Positions 1 through 14,100 of a stretch of DNA of 64,000 bases are shown piece by piece. The notes beneath the pieces are model-generated. The model was not told the DNA's origin, did no database searches, and saw only the letters and a list, made by a program, of their open reading frames with translations. Each line of letters begins with the position of its first letter. The stretch's first letter is position 1. Position numbers and translations under genes: made by a program. The stretch comes from the human T2T-CHM13v2.0 reference genome, Homo sapiens. The stretch is taken from the NCBI RefSeq assembly GCF_009914755.1, contig NC_060932.1. The stretch is one strand, 5' to 3'.

Positions 1-999
1 GTGTTAAAAGCCATTCAATAACTCTCCGTGGACGACAGCAGCAATTCCCAAAGTCTTTTCCAATAACTGCCATAGAATATTAGTAGATATTAAAGACAAG
101 ATGTGAGAAATTGTAAGTTAAGATTAAGCAGTTTTGTTTACAATAGGTCTTCTCAAGATCCTTAATGTTAATGTCCCTAGTGAATCTCCAAAAGGGGGAG
201 GAATATAATATGCAAAGTTTCCCAAACTTACTTGATGAAGAGATCCATTTCTTTTTCATGAAGTGTCTTGCAGGACTAGTTTGGAGTGGGACACATATTT
301 GAAAATGCTTGTTTATAGCACAGTGCAAATTTATGAGTGAAGCAAGGAATGAATGGAATGATCTGGAACCTACGGACCATTAGTTTGCATTTCCCTAAAG
401 TATTATGCTTTCTTTCTCCTCCATGCTGCAGGTATTAGAAATTCCCCTAAATTTCTCATCAACCCCCCTTTTCCAATCCATTGAGTAACATCTACTTATC
501 ATTTAGGACTCATCATTTAGCTTTTTACTGGTTATTTCCATAGCTCTGACTTTGCACTTATTCTCTTCAGCTTGCAGAATTGTTTAACTGGCATTGCTGT
601 TTACATAAAACATTCCTCTGACTTAAGATCTGAAAGAAAGAAAGTGAAGGGAGCTGAGAAAAGCCTGTCAACTCAGTTTATAGAAAGATAATAGATCTGA
701 TTGCTCTCTCCTCGTTTTTGGACGAGGAAACAGAAGGAAAAGGGATCCAGGAAAAAATTCTACAAAATAAAAGATGGACAATAATTCTCAAGATTGTGTA
801 GAAGAAACATTTGAAACAATTCATTAAAATAAACAGTACATTTTACATAATATGTATTTGATTTTTGAATAATATAAAAATATAAGCTTGGAAAGAGGAT
901 GCTATATGTAATAAAGCAAGTTTTAAAGGAAACTAAAATGCAGTAACAGCTGGTATATTAACTAGAAATTGGAAATAACAATATACAATGCATAAAGTC

Positions 1000-1610
1000 A
1001 AAATTATTTTAAAGAAAATTATTAAGACTGTTTTAGAAGATGGGAGAAACTCAAATAAGCAGTGATAATTAAAGAGAAGAATATAGCTATGGATAACAAA
1101 GGATAGAAATTTAGGCTAAAGATAATTTATGTTTCTAAAGATGAGTTGGTAATAAATGGAATAGAAGTAATACTCATAAATGGAATAGAAAGAGGGTAAA
1201 GAAATATCTCAGAGCACGCATAGAATAAGATCTCTGTGTACCTGGCAAAATTAAAGAGAGGAAATTAGTATCTCTATCCTATAGAAAATTTAAAATCACA
1301 ATAAAGAATCTTATAAGCAAGATTTCAGGAAGGAAAAAAATTACCTACAAAAGTAGAAAAGTTAGGCTGCCTAACATTAAATGCTTTGACATAATGGCAT
1401 AATGTTTATATAATTTTGAAGGGAAAAATTTTTGACTCCAGAAATTTACATCTAGCTGCATTGCTGTTAAGATGTGAAGTTAATAGAAGGACATAATCAG
1501 ATTTAGACACAATTAAATATATTTCACATGTCCTTTACTAAAAAGTTACTCAAAATATATTCTGCCAAATGAGAAATGAATCAAAATAAGAGACTCAACA
1601 ATTAAAAAAT
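1000..1610 (+). mobile_element. Ancient L1M/HAL1-type ORF1-region fragment
   Basis: A-rich degraded sequence resembling the L1 ORF1 C-terminal region (ttacctacaaaagtagaaaagttaggctg, ccagaaatttacatctagctg); boundaries approximate. Confidence 0.55.
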
Positions 1611-1910
1611 GCCACACATGGTGGCTCATGTCTATAATCCCAGCACTTTGGGAGGATAGCTCAAGTCCAAGAGTTTGAGACCAGTCTGGGCAACATAGTG
1701 AGACACTGTCCACAAAAATTACAAAAAAAAATTAGCCAAGCATGGTAGTGGGCCTGTGGTTCTAGCTACTTGGGAAGCTAAGGGATGAAGCTGAGGGAGG
1801 ATTCGTTGAGCCGTGGAGGCCGAGGATGTAGTGAGGTTGATTGCATCACTGCACTCCAGCCTGGGCAACGGAGCCAAGACCATCTGAAAACAAACAAACA
1901 AACACACAAA
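1611..1910 (+). mobile_element. AluJ-family SINE
   Basis: Dimeric Alu with central A-linker, J-type motifs (gggcaacatagtgagac), small left-arm deletion, (AAAC)n tail. Confidence 0.92.
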
Positions 1911-2139
1911 CCCTAAACTAAAAAGTTATATATGAACTGAACTGACAATGAACATTTCAGTCAGATGTATAGACTTGGATACAGTGTTTATAACAATGGT
2001 TAAAATACATAAATACAAAAGTTATCAAAATATAAGGAGTAATTGTCAGAAACACAGTATTGGAAGACTTAAGTGCATCCTTATTTAATACATAGAATTG
2101 GGAAAATATTACTAAAAGATTTAATTAGTATTTATAAAA

Positions 2140-2540
2140 TTAACCTACATATAGGCCTCTACATCTAATTTTGTCTACTAAATATGCAGAACGTTTCACC
2201 TTGTTTTTGAGGTGGCTCATGAAACATTTATAAAATAATCATATACTAGGCCACAAAAAAGCCTCATTCAGTTCCTCAAAATGATTTAAATAGATCACTT
2301 TCTTTACTATGCAATGAAAGAAAATTAATTTTTTCTGAATTTACAACCACTTATACTTTAGTTTTCTAAATAATTATTAACTATATGTTAAGATTGTAGT
2401 TAATAAATAATTTACAAAATACTAGCAATGAGAACACAGTATTTAATCTGAGATTTTTTCCAGAGCCATAATGATATGAAATGATCAGATTTTTAAAAGT
2501 GCTTTTATTACTAAAGAGGAAGGAATAAAAAATAACTTAT
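2140..2540 (+). mobile_element. Ancient L1M(E) ORF2 endonuclease-region fragment
   Basis: catgaaacatttataaaataatcatatactaggccacaaaaaagcctc resembles the coding sequence of HGTFSKIDHILGHK. Confidence 0.6.
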
Positions 2541-2750
2541 TAAAGGCTGTGGACCACTTATAGCTTTTGTTTTATATTTCCAAATTTCAGACTTCTCTCC
2601 CTCTACCATACGTAAAGTTTTATACTAATGTACATGTTCAAGAATATTGACTTTAGTGCATGATCCTGGCTTTAGTTATTATTTTAAATACTTGAAAATT
2701 TGATATATTTAAAAAATATAAAGTGTTTGGCTACCCATGAGGTTAAATAC

Positions 2751-3051
2751 TTTTTTTTTTTTTTGAGACAGGGTCTCACTCTGTCACCAAGGCTGGAGTG
2801 CAGTGGTGCTGCGATCTCGGCTCACTGCAACTTCCACCTCCAAGGCCCAAGCGATCCTCCCACCACAGCCTCCTGAGTGGCTGGGACTAGAGGTATGTGC
2901 CACCACTGCCAGCTAATTTTTTCCTTTTTTTTCTATAGATGGAGTTTTGCTGTTTTGCCCGGGCTCATCTCCAACTCTTGGGCTCAAGCGATCCGATCGC
3001 CTTGGCCTCCCAAAGTGTTGGGATTACAGGCGTGAGCCACGGCGGTTGGCC
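2751..3051 (-). mobile_element. AluJ (Jb-like) SINE
   Basis: Poly-T, gagacagggtctcactctgtc, gggctcaagcgatcc, ends gtgagccac..ggcc. Confidence 0.93.
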
Positions 3052-3099
3052 TAAAGAATTTTTCTATTGTTTATAGACTTTTATGTTTCTATTATTGCA

Positions 3100-3940
3100 A
3101 CTTGACTTTTATGGGAAAGGGATTATAAATTTATCAGAACAACCAAGATAATTTTGAGAAAGAATAATAATAAAGAGGCTTTATGCTACTGGATAATCAG
3201 TGCAGAAATGACACAAGTGCACACACATGGATCAGTGAAAAAGATAACAAGCCCTGATAGACTGTTGCCTGGACTGTGGTGGTTTTTAAACATGCATTTC
3301 CTATTCTTCCCAGGCATACAGAGATACTACATTTCCTGTCTTCTCCTGCAGTTAGAGGTGGCCACATGTTTGAGTTCTAGTCAATGGAATTCACCTCCCC
3401 ATAAAAAATTCTCATGGAGGCAGGGGAATCCTCCATGTTCCTTCTCCTTCTGCTGGCTTGAGACAGACCAGCACAGACACCTTGTAAGCACATGCTGAAG
3501 TGAAGTCTCAGCTTGGAACGTTCTGGGTTCCTGAATCCCTGCTTGCAGGAGATATATCTGGCAATCAGCAAAACTGTTTTGGATTCGATATGATTAAGAT
3601 ACACATTTATTTTGTGTTAATCCATTAATATTTTGGCATGTTTTGTTATGGCAGCTAGCCTTACTCAAAACATAGGCCTTTACATATGTGCATAAAAATA
3701 AATTTACTCCATGAAAATATGAGGATATAATGGTTATTAATTTGTGGTTGCTGTCAACCTGTGTTTTGTGTGGCACCTATCATATACTAAATGGTTAATT
3801 TAATAATTATTATTATTAACTTGTCACTTCAGATAGTTCAGGTCAATTGTGAAAAATTTTATAATCCAAAAAGTGGTGTTGGATTACATGATTTAAAATT
3901 TGAGAAAAATAACTTGGATCTCTAACTCAATTACTTATAT
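3100..3940 (+). mobile_element. Ancient L1M(E) ORF2 fragments interrupted by an MLT1 LTR
   Basis: ccaagataattttgagaaagaataa, atggatcagtgaaaaagataacaagccctg and aagtggtgttgga match late ORF2 in collinear order. Confidence 0.5.
3275..3672 (+). mobile_element. MLT1 (H/I/J-type) MaLR solo LTR
   Basis: TG..CA ends; ctacatttcc..ctgcagttagaggtggccacatg..gagttctagtcaatggaat; 3' gttttgttatggcagctagc. Confidence 0.8.
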
Positions 3941-3944
3941 TAAG

Positions 3945-4288
3945 CTGGGGTTCCCCAGTCCCTGGGCTGCAGACCAGTAGTGGTTAGGAACTGCGCCCCG
4001 CCACACAGTAGGAGGTGAGCGGCAGGGGAGCAGGCATTACCATAAGAGCTCCGCTAAGAATCAGTGGCAGCATTAGATTCTTATAGGAGCACAAACCCTG
4101 TTGTGAACTGTGCATGCAAGGGATCTAGGTTGTGTGTTCCTCCTGAGAATCTAATGCTGAAGATCTGAGTGGAACAGTTTCATCTCGAAACCATCTCTGC
4201 CCATCTGCCCAACCCCTTATCCCCGATCTGTGGAAAAACTGTCTTCCATGAAACCGATCCCTGATGCCAAAAATGTTGGGGACCACTG
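3945..4288 (+). mobile_element. MER1B hAT-Charlie DNA transposon
   Basis: Terminal inverted repeats ctggggttcccca / ttggggaccactg; internal gcattagattct..ataggagc..aaccct..gtgaactg..catgc..gggatctaggttg. Confidence 0.92.
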
Positions 4289-4499
4289 GTGTATCTGGTG
4301 TCAGCCTGTTCACGTGCACATTCTAGTTCTGTCTCTTTCTAGGTGTGTGAGAACAGTCAGTATACAATGCAGAAATTTAAATTATTATGAAAATAATGAT
4401 GATGCATAAATTAGTTGCATTCACTGCTAGTTAAGCTTTAAATGGGTAAAACTGGAAAGTAATCAATTTTGTATGTGTGTAAAATGTCTTTAAATTTTT

Positions 4500-5000
<501 letters not shown>

Positions 5001-5009
5001 TAAGGGCGT

Positions 5010-5225
5010 GGCTTAGTGGCACATAGGCCTTGCTTTGATTCTTTTCTACTTCAACCACTTATTAGCTGTGTGAATTTGAATAAGCCACATAATCTCTAAT
5101 TTGATTTCCTTATTTATAAAATGGGGCTAATAATAGCACATATTTGTCTCATAAGGTTGCTAAATGAGAATTAATTGAGATAGTTTATGTAAAGCATCTG
5201 ATACATAGTAGATGGTGGCTACTAA
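5010..5225 (+). mobile_element. MIR SINE
   Basis: ccacttattagctgtgtgaatttgaataag..tttccttatttataaaatgggg core. Confidence 0.75.
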
Positions 5226-5319
5226 TATCAACATGTAAAGTATTAGAAACTAGTTACAGATTATGATAGACCATATGTGAGCAGAACATCTAATGAATGT
5301 ATGCCTCCTGTCAATAGGA

Positions 5320-6085
5320 GTCACCTGGGAATTTTTGATTTTTCTTTTTCTGCACCTACCATGTCTAATTTTGCAGCAAGTTCTATCCTTTTACTAAATA
5401 CTTCCTGCCTTTCACCATCCGTCATCTTCACTGCCCCAGGCTTAGTCTGAGTCACCATCAACTCTTGCCTGGACAACTGTGATGGGCTCCTGGCCAACCC
5501 TGGCCTCATTGCTTGTCTTCCTAAAGCCTTTCCTCTATATATACAGTGGCCAGGCTGAAATTTTAGGGGTTTTCTGAACACTTTAATCCCTTCTAAAGGC
5601 TTCCCATTACAATCAGAATATAATCTAAACTCCCAAAGATGCTCTTCGATCTGGCTCTTCCCTAACTTTTTAACTTTATCTTTCTCCATGATGTCTCTCA
5701 TTTCAGAAATGATGGTCTTCTTTTTGTCCCTCATACATTCCAAACTCATTTCCATATTAGGACCTGTGCTCCTGAATGCTCCTTTTGCTAGGAATGCTCT
5801 TTCCTGAGATCTAGGTCTACCCTCAAGTGTCATCTTCCCAGGGAGGCCTTCAGACTGACCTAAGGATAGGAGCTTCCATAAGTTACCTTTTACTTCCTTA
5901 CCCTACTTTATCTTCTTTGTAACACTTATCTTCTTAATTTTCTTACTGAAGTTTTTTTGTAGCCATTAGGATGTAAGTTTCTTGAGGAGAGAGGCTCTGT
6001 TTCTCACATTCAACACTGTCCCAAACACCCAGAACAATTCCTGGTGCATGGGGGCCCCACCCAGGCAGTATTTGTTAGCTGACTG
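5320..6085 (+). mobile_element. L2 LINE 3' fragment
   Basis: caccatcaactcttgcctggacaactg, ggcttcccatt, cagggaggccttc, atgtaagtttcttgagg, degenerate L2 tail. Confidence 0.8.
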
Positions 6086-6206
6086 TCCTCCTTGACTGTG
6101 GATATTTGTGTTTTGGAACAGTGGAAGAAAGGGACTTCACTGTTTACCTTATACATGACATTATTGTAATTTCTTTGTAATATAAAATAAAATGATGATA
6201 ATTTGT

Positions 6207-6574
6207 TGATATGGTTTAGCTGTGTCCCTACCCAAATCTCATCTTGAATTGTACTTCCCATAATCCCCATGTGTCATGGAAGAGACCCGATTGGAAGTAA
6301 TCGAATCATGGAAGTGGTTTCACCCTTGTGATAGTGAGTAAGTTCTCACCAGATCTGATGGTTGTATAAGGGGCTTCCCCCTTTGCTTGGCTCCCATTCT
6401 TCTCCTTGCTGCTGCCATATGAAGGATGTGTTTTCTTCCCCTTCCACCATGGCTGTTAAGTTTCCTGTGGCCTCCCCAGCCATCCTGAACTGTGAGTCAA
6501 TTCAACCTCTTTCCTTTATAAATTACCCAGTCTTGGGTATGTCTTTATTAGCAACATGAGAACAGACTAATACA
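6207..6574 (+). mobile_element. THE1 (C/D-type) MaLR solo LTR
   Basis: tgatatggttt..gactaataca; perfect 5-bp TSD TTTGT at 6202-6206 and 6575-6579. Confidence 0.95.
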
Positions 6575-7269
6575 TTTGTGAATTAAGGGTACTTTTAAAT
6601 CATTTTATTTGTAATCTCCACATTTTATATATTTCTCTAAAAAATCTGATTCTTTTTAGAATCAGAATAATGTTTTTAAAATGTTATAAAATCTGAATCA
6701 GATTAAAAATTTTGATTACATATCTTCATAGATACCCAGGTGGTAATTGGTAATAAGAATATGTGATAATTCATACACAGTTAGCCATGTTTAAGCAATG
6801 GATAATGATTAATAATTATGGTGTCAGTGATGATAATAAAATGGTAATTAGAAAACAGGAATGATTGTGCCTGATTATGGCAGAAATTATAAGAAACATT
6901 CTTCATTTTCTTTCTTTCATATTTTGTTGTTATTTTCCTATCTCTCAGTAAAATAAATATAATGTTTTCTGTCTAAAGGTGACTGTGTCTTTACTGTGAA
7001 ATTTCCAATGTGGCCCTTGAATGTACCTGAAAATAGATATAATGCTCTGTGGTAAAAATAAGGCTGTAATCTGGAGATGAAAGAAGAGAGTCACTGAATT
7101 CAGAAAAATATTCTAAAAGACTGAAACTGAGAAAGGTAGTTATTTCACAAAAAGAGGATGTAATTTGACCTGTGAAAAGATTCCATAGGAGCCTAACAAG
7201 CTTTCTAATGTTTTCTTGTAGAGTTTTTTTTTAAAATTCCCACTTCTAGCTTTACTATTTACCCATTGT

Positions 7270-7400
7270 TTCATTCATAAAACATTTTTCTTGTGTTCTA
7301 CTGTGCCAGGCACTGTGCTAGCATTTGGGAGAAAAATTATGACATGGATAGACACAGTTACATTTCACAGGAAAATACACGAGCTAGAGCTTGTGAAATA
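7270..7400 (-). mobile_element. L2 3'-end fragment
   Basis: cattcataaaacattt..ctactgtgccaggcactgtgctag. Confidence 0.6.
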
Positions 7401-8189
7401 AGGTGCAAGATATTGAGAGAAACCAGAGAAGCCTCATGAAGTAGAAGGCAAAGTTAAATTTATATTTAATGCTGGTAAAATTTCTATTTCTGAAGAGTCA
7501 AAATGTAAAGGCATCTATTGTGGTAATTCACCTGTTTTCTCTTGTAGCTTTTGGTCTGTTTTTACTGTTTTACCCCCATCATTTCTTATTCAGAGGATTG
7601 AGTTTATATGGGTGATTTTTCTGGAAGCAATCGCCCTGGGCTGGCAAAGGGTGCAGCAATTCATAACAGTACAGTCTATGTCTCCCCCGCCATTTTAAAA
7701 TTTAGCTTCACTGTTATTTCTTTGACCTGCCCCCACTCCGTTTTCAGATTTGTATACTCGTGTTTCATGTATCAGTGATGATTCCAATTACACGCTAGGT
7801 AACAAGAGTTTAATAAAATGTGGCAATAAATTGTGGAAAGACATCATGCATGTGAAAAAAATGTATTAAGAAATGTGTTCCAGGTAGAGCTTCCAGTATT
7901 AAATGACTAATCACTTCCACACACATACACAAAGTGAGGGTTTTATTTAGTGGAACTTGGCCTTTCAAAACTAGAATGCCAAGCAATACCTTCCAACTGG
8001 TTTTTTAGCTTGTCTGAGGCATGGGGGCAATTGTTTCTTTTTACAGAAAACTTTTCAGATGGTCTTCAGTGGCTCTTCCACTGAAAGAAAGTAGGGTATC
8101 TTGTTCAAACTCATATTATTTTTATTTTAATGACAAATGATAATAAAAAGAATGGGTAATAATTTATGTTCCTTACAACCTAGTGGGCA

Positions 8190-8391
8190 AATGATCTGAA
8201 ATTGAATTCACGCTCTTCCTTTGATTGTGAACTTAGGCAAGTTTCTTATGTGCCTCAATTCTTTTGTGGCAACACTGAAAGAGTAATTTATTTACTGAGA
8301 TATTGTGGAAGATTAGTAATTTTAACAAATGAATGTAAAACATTTAGCCCAGTGTGAGACACAGAATAAGCATTCAATAAAAATACTATTA
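8190..8391 (+). mobile_element. MIR SINE
   Basis: gtgaacttaggcaagtt..tgtgcctca; 3' cacagaataagcattcaataaa. Confidence 0.7.
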
Positions 8392-8769
8392 TGAGAGTCA
8401 AATTTAAGGATTTGAATAGGTAAAACAGTTCTAGAAGAAAATAAAACAGGCTATGTAGGGGGTAGAGATGCTATTGTTTGGCTTTTTGTTTCTTTGTCAT
8501 CTCCAGATTATTCTTTATGAGACCTGCTTCTCCATCAGCTGTAGCATCAGATGGGCTCAACTCTGCTCACCTTACCTTCATTAACAACTGCCAAGAGGGG
8601 TCCTAAATTTCAGTAGCCATTTCCTGAGACGGGAATCATGAGTGCAACTCCTTTCTGTCCATTTTGTTTTAAAAGAAAACATCCAGAAAACATTGTAGAT
8701 AAGGAACCCACTTGCTGATCATCAGGTTGGTCTTCTCATTGCTCATCCCTCAGGAATATTCTTGTCTTA

Positions 8770-8927
8770 CTTTTTGTATAAGAGATGAAGCCTTGCTCTG
8801 TTGCCCAGGCTGAAGTGCAGTGGTGCCATCATCACTTACTGTAGCCTCAACCTCGTGGTGGGCTCAAGCAATCCTCCTACCACCTCAGCCACTCTGTAGC
8901 TGGGATTACAGATGTACTACACTCTGC
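8770..8927 (-). mobile_element. Free Alu right monomer (FRAM/AluJ right arm)
   Basis: Single right-arm monomer (ttgctctgttgcccaggctgaagtgcagtgg..gggctcaagcaatcctcc..gctgggattacag). Confidence 0.85.
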
Positions 8928-8989
8928 TTTCAGTAACATTCTGAGAACCCATAAACAAGCCAGCCATGCTCGATTTGTAGGTGAGTGTG

Positions 8990-9215
8990 TTAAAACAGAG
9001 GCCATCTGGGCTGTGGGCTTGGAAATCCAATCACTTTCTTATTGTGTAACTTTGAGAAAGTTGTTGAACTTTTCTGTACCTTTTGGTTCTCCTGTGTAAA
9101 ATGGCAATAATGATACCTTACGGTGCAGTAGCAAGGATTAGAGAGCACATCTTTCATAATGCCCAGGATGGTGCTTGGCACGGAAAAGGAATTCAATAAA
9201 GGCTAGTTATTGGTA
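8990..9215 (+). mobile_element. MIR SINE
   Basis: tgtgtaactttgagaaagtt..tgtaaaatggcaataatgatacct..gtgcttggcac..tcaataaa. Confidence 0.75.
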
Positions 9216-9599
9216 TATTATTGATGATTTGTGAGAATAAAATATCAAGTTAGATGGTAAAACTGGAACTGATGCATCATATATTTATAAATGAGTTGAC
9301 CTTTATCCTTAGGGAAGTAACACATAAAAAAGGTTACGCATGATTGCAGTTTTGGATGCAGGAAAATCATGGTGAAGAACAGAGACATTAGAGGCTACAT
9401 TTTTCTCATAAATGTGTGAGTAAGGAAAGAGACAGTCAAATGATAATTGAAATTGTAGTATCAGTCATTATGCACATTATTAGATCCTGTTTCAAATGTA
9501 AATAGACTCTGAAAACAAAATTGTTTTTTAAAAAGAGTGCAGATATGCAGGGAATTGGGGGCTCTGCTCTTCATAACTTCTCATGAGAATAGTTATAAA

Positions 9600-9718
9600 A
9601 ATAGTAAACATTTTTTGTGTGCTTACAACACTGAGTGTTACCTGTATGTGACTTATTTAATTATCACAGTGACTCCATGAGGTGAATACTATTTCTTTTA
9701 GCATTTTACATGAAAAAT
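9600..9718 (-). mobile_element. MIR fragment
   Basis: atttaattatcacagtgactccatgaggt..actatt..cattttac. Confidence 0.55.
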
Positions 9719-9875
9719 GACCTTTTCCACTGTATCTTCCTAAGGAAGAGTAGAGATCCCCTTTTTCCCGTGGTCCCTGAGATTTGGGAAGCCATTGCTT
9801 GTCTTGTGTGGAAAGAAAAATAGAGCACTACAAGATCTCTAGGAGGGAAGGAAGCCATATCTTGCACAACCTCTT

Positions 9876-10180
9876 TTTTGTTTTTTGTTTTTTTTTTTTT
9901 GAGACGGAGTGTCACCCTGTAGCCCAGGCTGGAGTGCAGTGGTGCAATCTTGGCTCACTGCAAGCTCCACCTCCTGGGTTCACGCCATTCTCCTCCCTCA
10001 GCCTCCTGAATAGCTGGAACTACAGGCACCCGCCACCACGCCTGGCTAATTTTTGTATTTTTAGTAGAGACGGGGTTTCACTGTGTTAGCCAGGATGATC
10101 CCGATCTCCTGACCTCGTGATCTGCCCACCTTGGCCTCCCAAAGTGCTGGGATTACAGGCGTGAGCCACCGCACCCAGCC
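9876..10180 (-). mobile_element. AluY SINE with TSD
   Basis: Y diagnostics gcaagctcc, ttcacgccattct, gtgttagccaggatg, gacctcgtgatc; TSD ACAACCTCTT at 9866-9875 and 10183-10192. Confidence 0.95.
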
Positions 10181-10386
10181 AGACAACCTCTTATGGTTCC
10201 ATATCTACTCATATTTATGATCACATATAATAGTCTCCCTATTACTAGTATGAATAACATTTATTAAATTCTCATGAATTTCTGCCTTATATAATGATAT
10301 TTCTAGAAATGAAGGTTATTGAAAAATATGCTTTTAAATTAATACAAGTATGATAGTGTGCTGAAGTGTTCATTCAAGAAGGTGAC

Positions 10387-10750
10387 CGATATGGTTCCGC
10401 TGTGTCTGCACCCAAATCTCATCTTGAATTGTGGCTCCTGTAGTTCCCATGTGTTGTGGGAGGGACCTGGTGGGAAGTAATTGAATCACGGGGGTGGGTC
10501 TTTCTCAGGCTGTTCTTGTGATAGTGAATAAGTCTCCTCATGAGATCTGATGGTTTTCTAAAGGGGAGTTCCTCTGCACAAGCTCTCTTGCCTGTCACTG
10601 TATTAGATGTGTTTGCTTCCCCTTCCACCATGATTGTAAGTTTTCTGAGGCCTCCTCAGCCCTGAGGAACTGTGAGTCAAACCTCTTTCCTTTATAAATT
10701 ACCCAGTCTCAAGTAGGTCTTTATTAGCAGCATGAGAACAGACTAATACA
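10387..10750 (+). mobile_element. THE1 (B/C-type) MaLR solo LTR
   Basis: cgatatggtt..gactaataca; perfect 5-bp TSD GTGAC at 10382-10386 and 10751-10755. Confidence 0.95.
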
Positions 10751-11159
10751 GTGACACATACCTTGTCTATTAATTTGGAGATATATATATATACATTTAT
10801 ATATATATTTTACCATTTACAAAAATTAATTAATACGTATATATAAATTGCTTTTTTAAAGGTTATAGCAAATGTAAAAAATACCTTCATGGGAAAAAGA
10901 ATAATCAGGGAGAATGATTCCTTATTGTCTTAGCTCAGAGTCAGCTATACTTTGGGAGTGCTAATATGCTCAGCTGATTTGTTTTGGGGGGAGGATAATG
11001 ATTACATCAATGGGATTTGTACTTAAGTGATAGTGTGTTTATAAATCAAATATATTAAATATTTTTAGAAAAATATGAAAAAATCACATCTTAGCTAATG
11101 TTTCATAATCGCACTTTTGTTGTTTCTTATAATAAAATATTATAAAGAATTCAGATTAT

Positions 11160-14100
11160 TTTTATAAAATTTTTATAACTTTTCTTTTAGATTCAAGAGG
11201 TACATGTACAGGTTTGTTACCCGAGTATATTGTATGATGCTGAAGTTTGGGCTACAATTGATCCTGTCACTCAGGTGGTGATCCATAGTACCTAATAGTT
11301 TTTCAACCTTTCCCCTGCCCCCCACCAGCAATCTCCAGTGTGTATTATTCCCATCTTTATGTCTATGAGTACCCAATGTTTAGCTTCCACTTATGAGTAA
11401 GAACATGCAGTATTTGGTTTTCTGTTCCTGTGTTGATTTGCTTAAGATAATGGCATCCAGCTCCATCCGTGTTACTGCAAATGACATGATTTTGTTCTTT
11501 TTTATGACTGCAGTGTATTCCATGGTATATAAGTACCACATTTTCTTTATCCAGTCCACCTCTGATGGGCATCTAGGTTAATTCGATGTCTTTGCTATTG
11601 TGAATAGTGCTCTGGTGAACATACAAGGTGTTTTTTGGTGGAGTGATTTGTTTTCTTTTGGATATATACAAAGTATTGGGATTGCTGGGTCAAATAGTAG
11701 TTCTGTTTTAATTTATTTAAGAAATATCCAAACTGTTTTCCACAGTGGCTGAACTAACTTACACTAACAGTGTATAAGCATTCCCCTTCTCTGCAGCAGC
11801 CTCACCAGCATCCGTTGTTTTTTGACTCTTTAATAATAGCCATTCTTACTGGTATGAGATGTTACGTCATTGTGGTTTTCATTTGCATTTCTCTAATAAT
11901 TAGTAGTATTGAACTTTTTTTTCATGTTTGTTGGGCACTTTTATGTCTTCTTTTGAAAATATCTGTTCATGTCTTGCCCATTTTTAAGGGGGTTATTTGT
12001 TTTTTGCTTGTTGGGTTATCCCTTATAGGTTCCTTATAGGTTCTGGATATTAGATCTTTGTGAGATGCACAGTTTTCAAATATTTTCTCCCATTCTGTAG
12101 GTTGTCTGTTTCCTCAGTGGATAATTTATTTTGCTGTGCAGAAACTCTTTAGTTTAATTAGGTCCTAGTGTCAATTTTTGTTTTTGTTGAAATTGCTTTT
12201 GAAGACTTACGCATAAATTATTTCCCAAGGCCAATGTCCAGATTGGTGTTACCTAGGTTTTCTTCTAGGATTTTTATAGTTTGAGGTCTTATGTTTAAAT
12301 CTTTAATCCATCTTGAGTTAATTTTTGTAAATGGTAAAACATAGGGGCCAAGTTCATACTTTTGCATATGGCTATCCAGCTATCCCAACCCCATTTATTA
12401 AATAGGGAATAGTTTCCCCATTGCTTATTTTTACCAATTCTGTTAATGATCAGATGGTTGTAGATGTGCAGCTTTATTTCTGGGTTCTCTATTCTGTTCC
12501 ATTGGTCTATCTGTCTATTTTTACACCAGGACCGTACTGTTTTTGTAACTATAGCCTTATAGTTTAGTTTGAAATTGGGTAATGTGATACTTCTGACTCT
12601 GTTCTGTTTGCCTGGGATTGCTTTTTCTATTCATGCCTTCTTTGGTTTCATATTTATTTCAGAATAGATTTTTCTAGTGCTGTGAAAAATAATATTAGTA
12701 ATTTGATAGGAATAGTGTTGAATCTACAGATTACTTTTGGTAGTATGGTCATTTTAACAATATTGATTCTTCCAACTCATGAGCATGGAATATTTTTCCA
12801 TTTGTGTTATCTACAATTTCTTTCAGCAATATTTTGTAGTTCTCCTTGAAGGGGTCTTTTACCTGCTTGGTTAGATGTATTCCCAAATGGTTGTTATTTT
12901 TTATTTTTACAGCTATATTAAATGAAAATGCATTCTTGATTTGGCCCTCAGCTTGAACATTTTTGGTGTATAGAAATGGTGCTAATTTTTATACATCGAT
13001 TTTGTATCCTGAAACTTTACTGAAGTTGTTTATTAGTTCTGGCAGCCATTTGGCAGAGTCTTTAGGGTTTTCTCTGTATAAAATCATATCATCAGGTAAG
13101 AGAGATAGTTTGACTTCTGCTTTTTTTATTTGGATGCTTTTTATTTCTTTTTCTTCTGTGATAGCTCTGGCAAGGATGTTTTGTACTATGTTAATTAGGA
13201 GTGGTAAGAGTGGGCATCCTTGCCTTGATCTAATTCTAAAGGGGAATTATTTCAGTTTTTGCCCATTCAGCATGATGTTGGCTGTGGGTTTGTCATAGTT
13301 GGGTCTTGTTATTTTGAGGTGTGTTCCTTTGATGCCTAGTTTCTCGAGGGTTTTTTTATATATGGAGCAATGTTGGATTTTAATCAATGACTTTTTCCAA
13401 GTCTATTGAGATGAGCATATTTTTTTTATTTTAATTCTGTTTATGTGATGAATGACATTTATTGATTTGCATATGGTGAACCAATCTTGCATCCCAGGAA
13501 TGAAGGCTTCTTGGTCATAGTGAATTAACTTTTTGATGTGCTGCTGGATTTGGTTTGTTACTATTTTGTTGAGAATGTTTGCATCCATGTTCACCAGGAA
13601 TATTGGCCTGCAGTTTTCTTTTTTTGCTGTGTCTTTACCAGATTTTGGTATCAAGGCGATGGTGACTTCATAGAATGAATTAAGGTGGAATTCTTCCTCT
13701 GTGACTTTTTGAAACAGTTGCAGCAAAATTGGTACTTTTTTTGGCTGGTAAATTTTTTCATTACTGATTCAATTTTGGAACTCTGTATTGGTCTGTTCAG
13801 TATTTCAGTCTCTTCCTGATTCAATGTGTGTGTTTCCAGGAATTTATCTATTTAGTCTAGATTTTCTCATTTTTGTGCTTAGAGGTGTTTATCTTAATCT
13901 CAGGATCTTTTGTATTTCTGTGGAGTCAGCTGTAATGTCACCTTTATTGTTTCTGATTTGTGCTTATTTTTTCTTTGTTAATCTAGCAAGCAGTCTATCA
14001 ATTTTACTTATCCTTTAAAATAACCAACTTTTGGTTTTGTTGATTCTTTGCATGCATTTTTGGGTCTGAATTTCATTCAGTTCTGCTCTCATTTTAGTTA

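Noticed and set aside
1152-1190. 15-bp direct repeat ATAAATGGAATAGAA
   Set aside because: Ordinary small tandem duplication within an old L1 fragment
5321-5833. Longest ORF in the track (170 aa, - strand)
   Set aside because: It is the antisense reading of a decayed L2, with no recognisable domain
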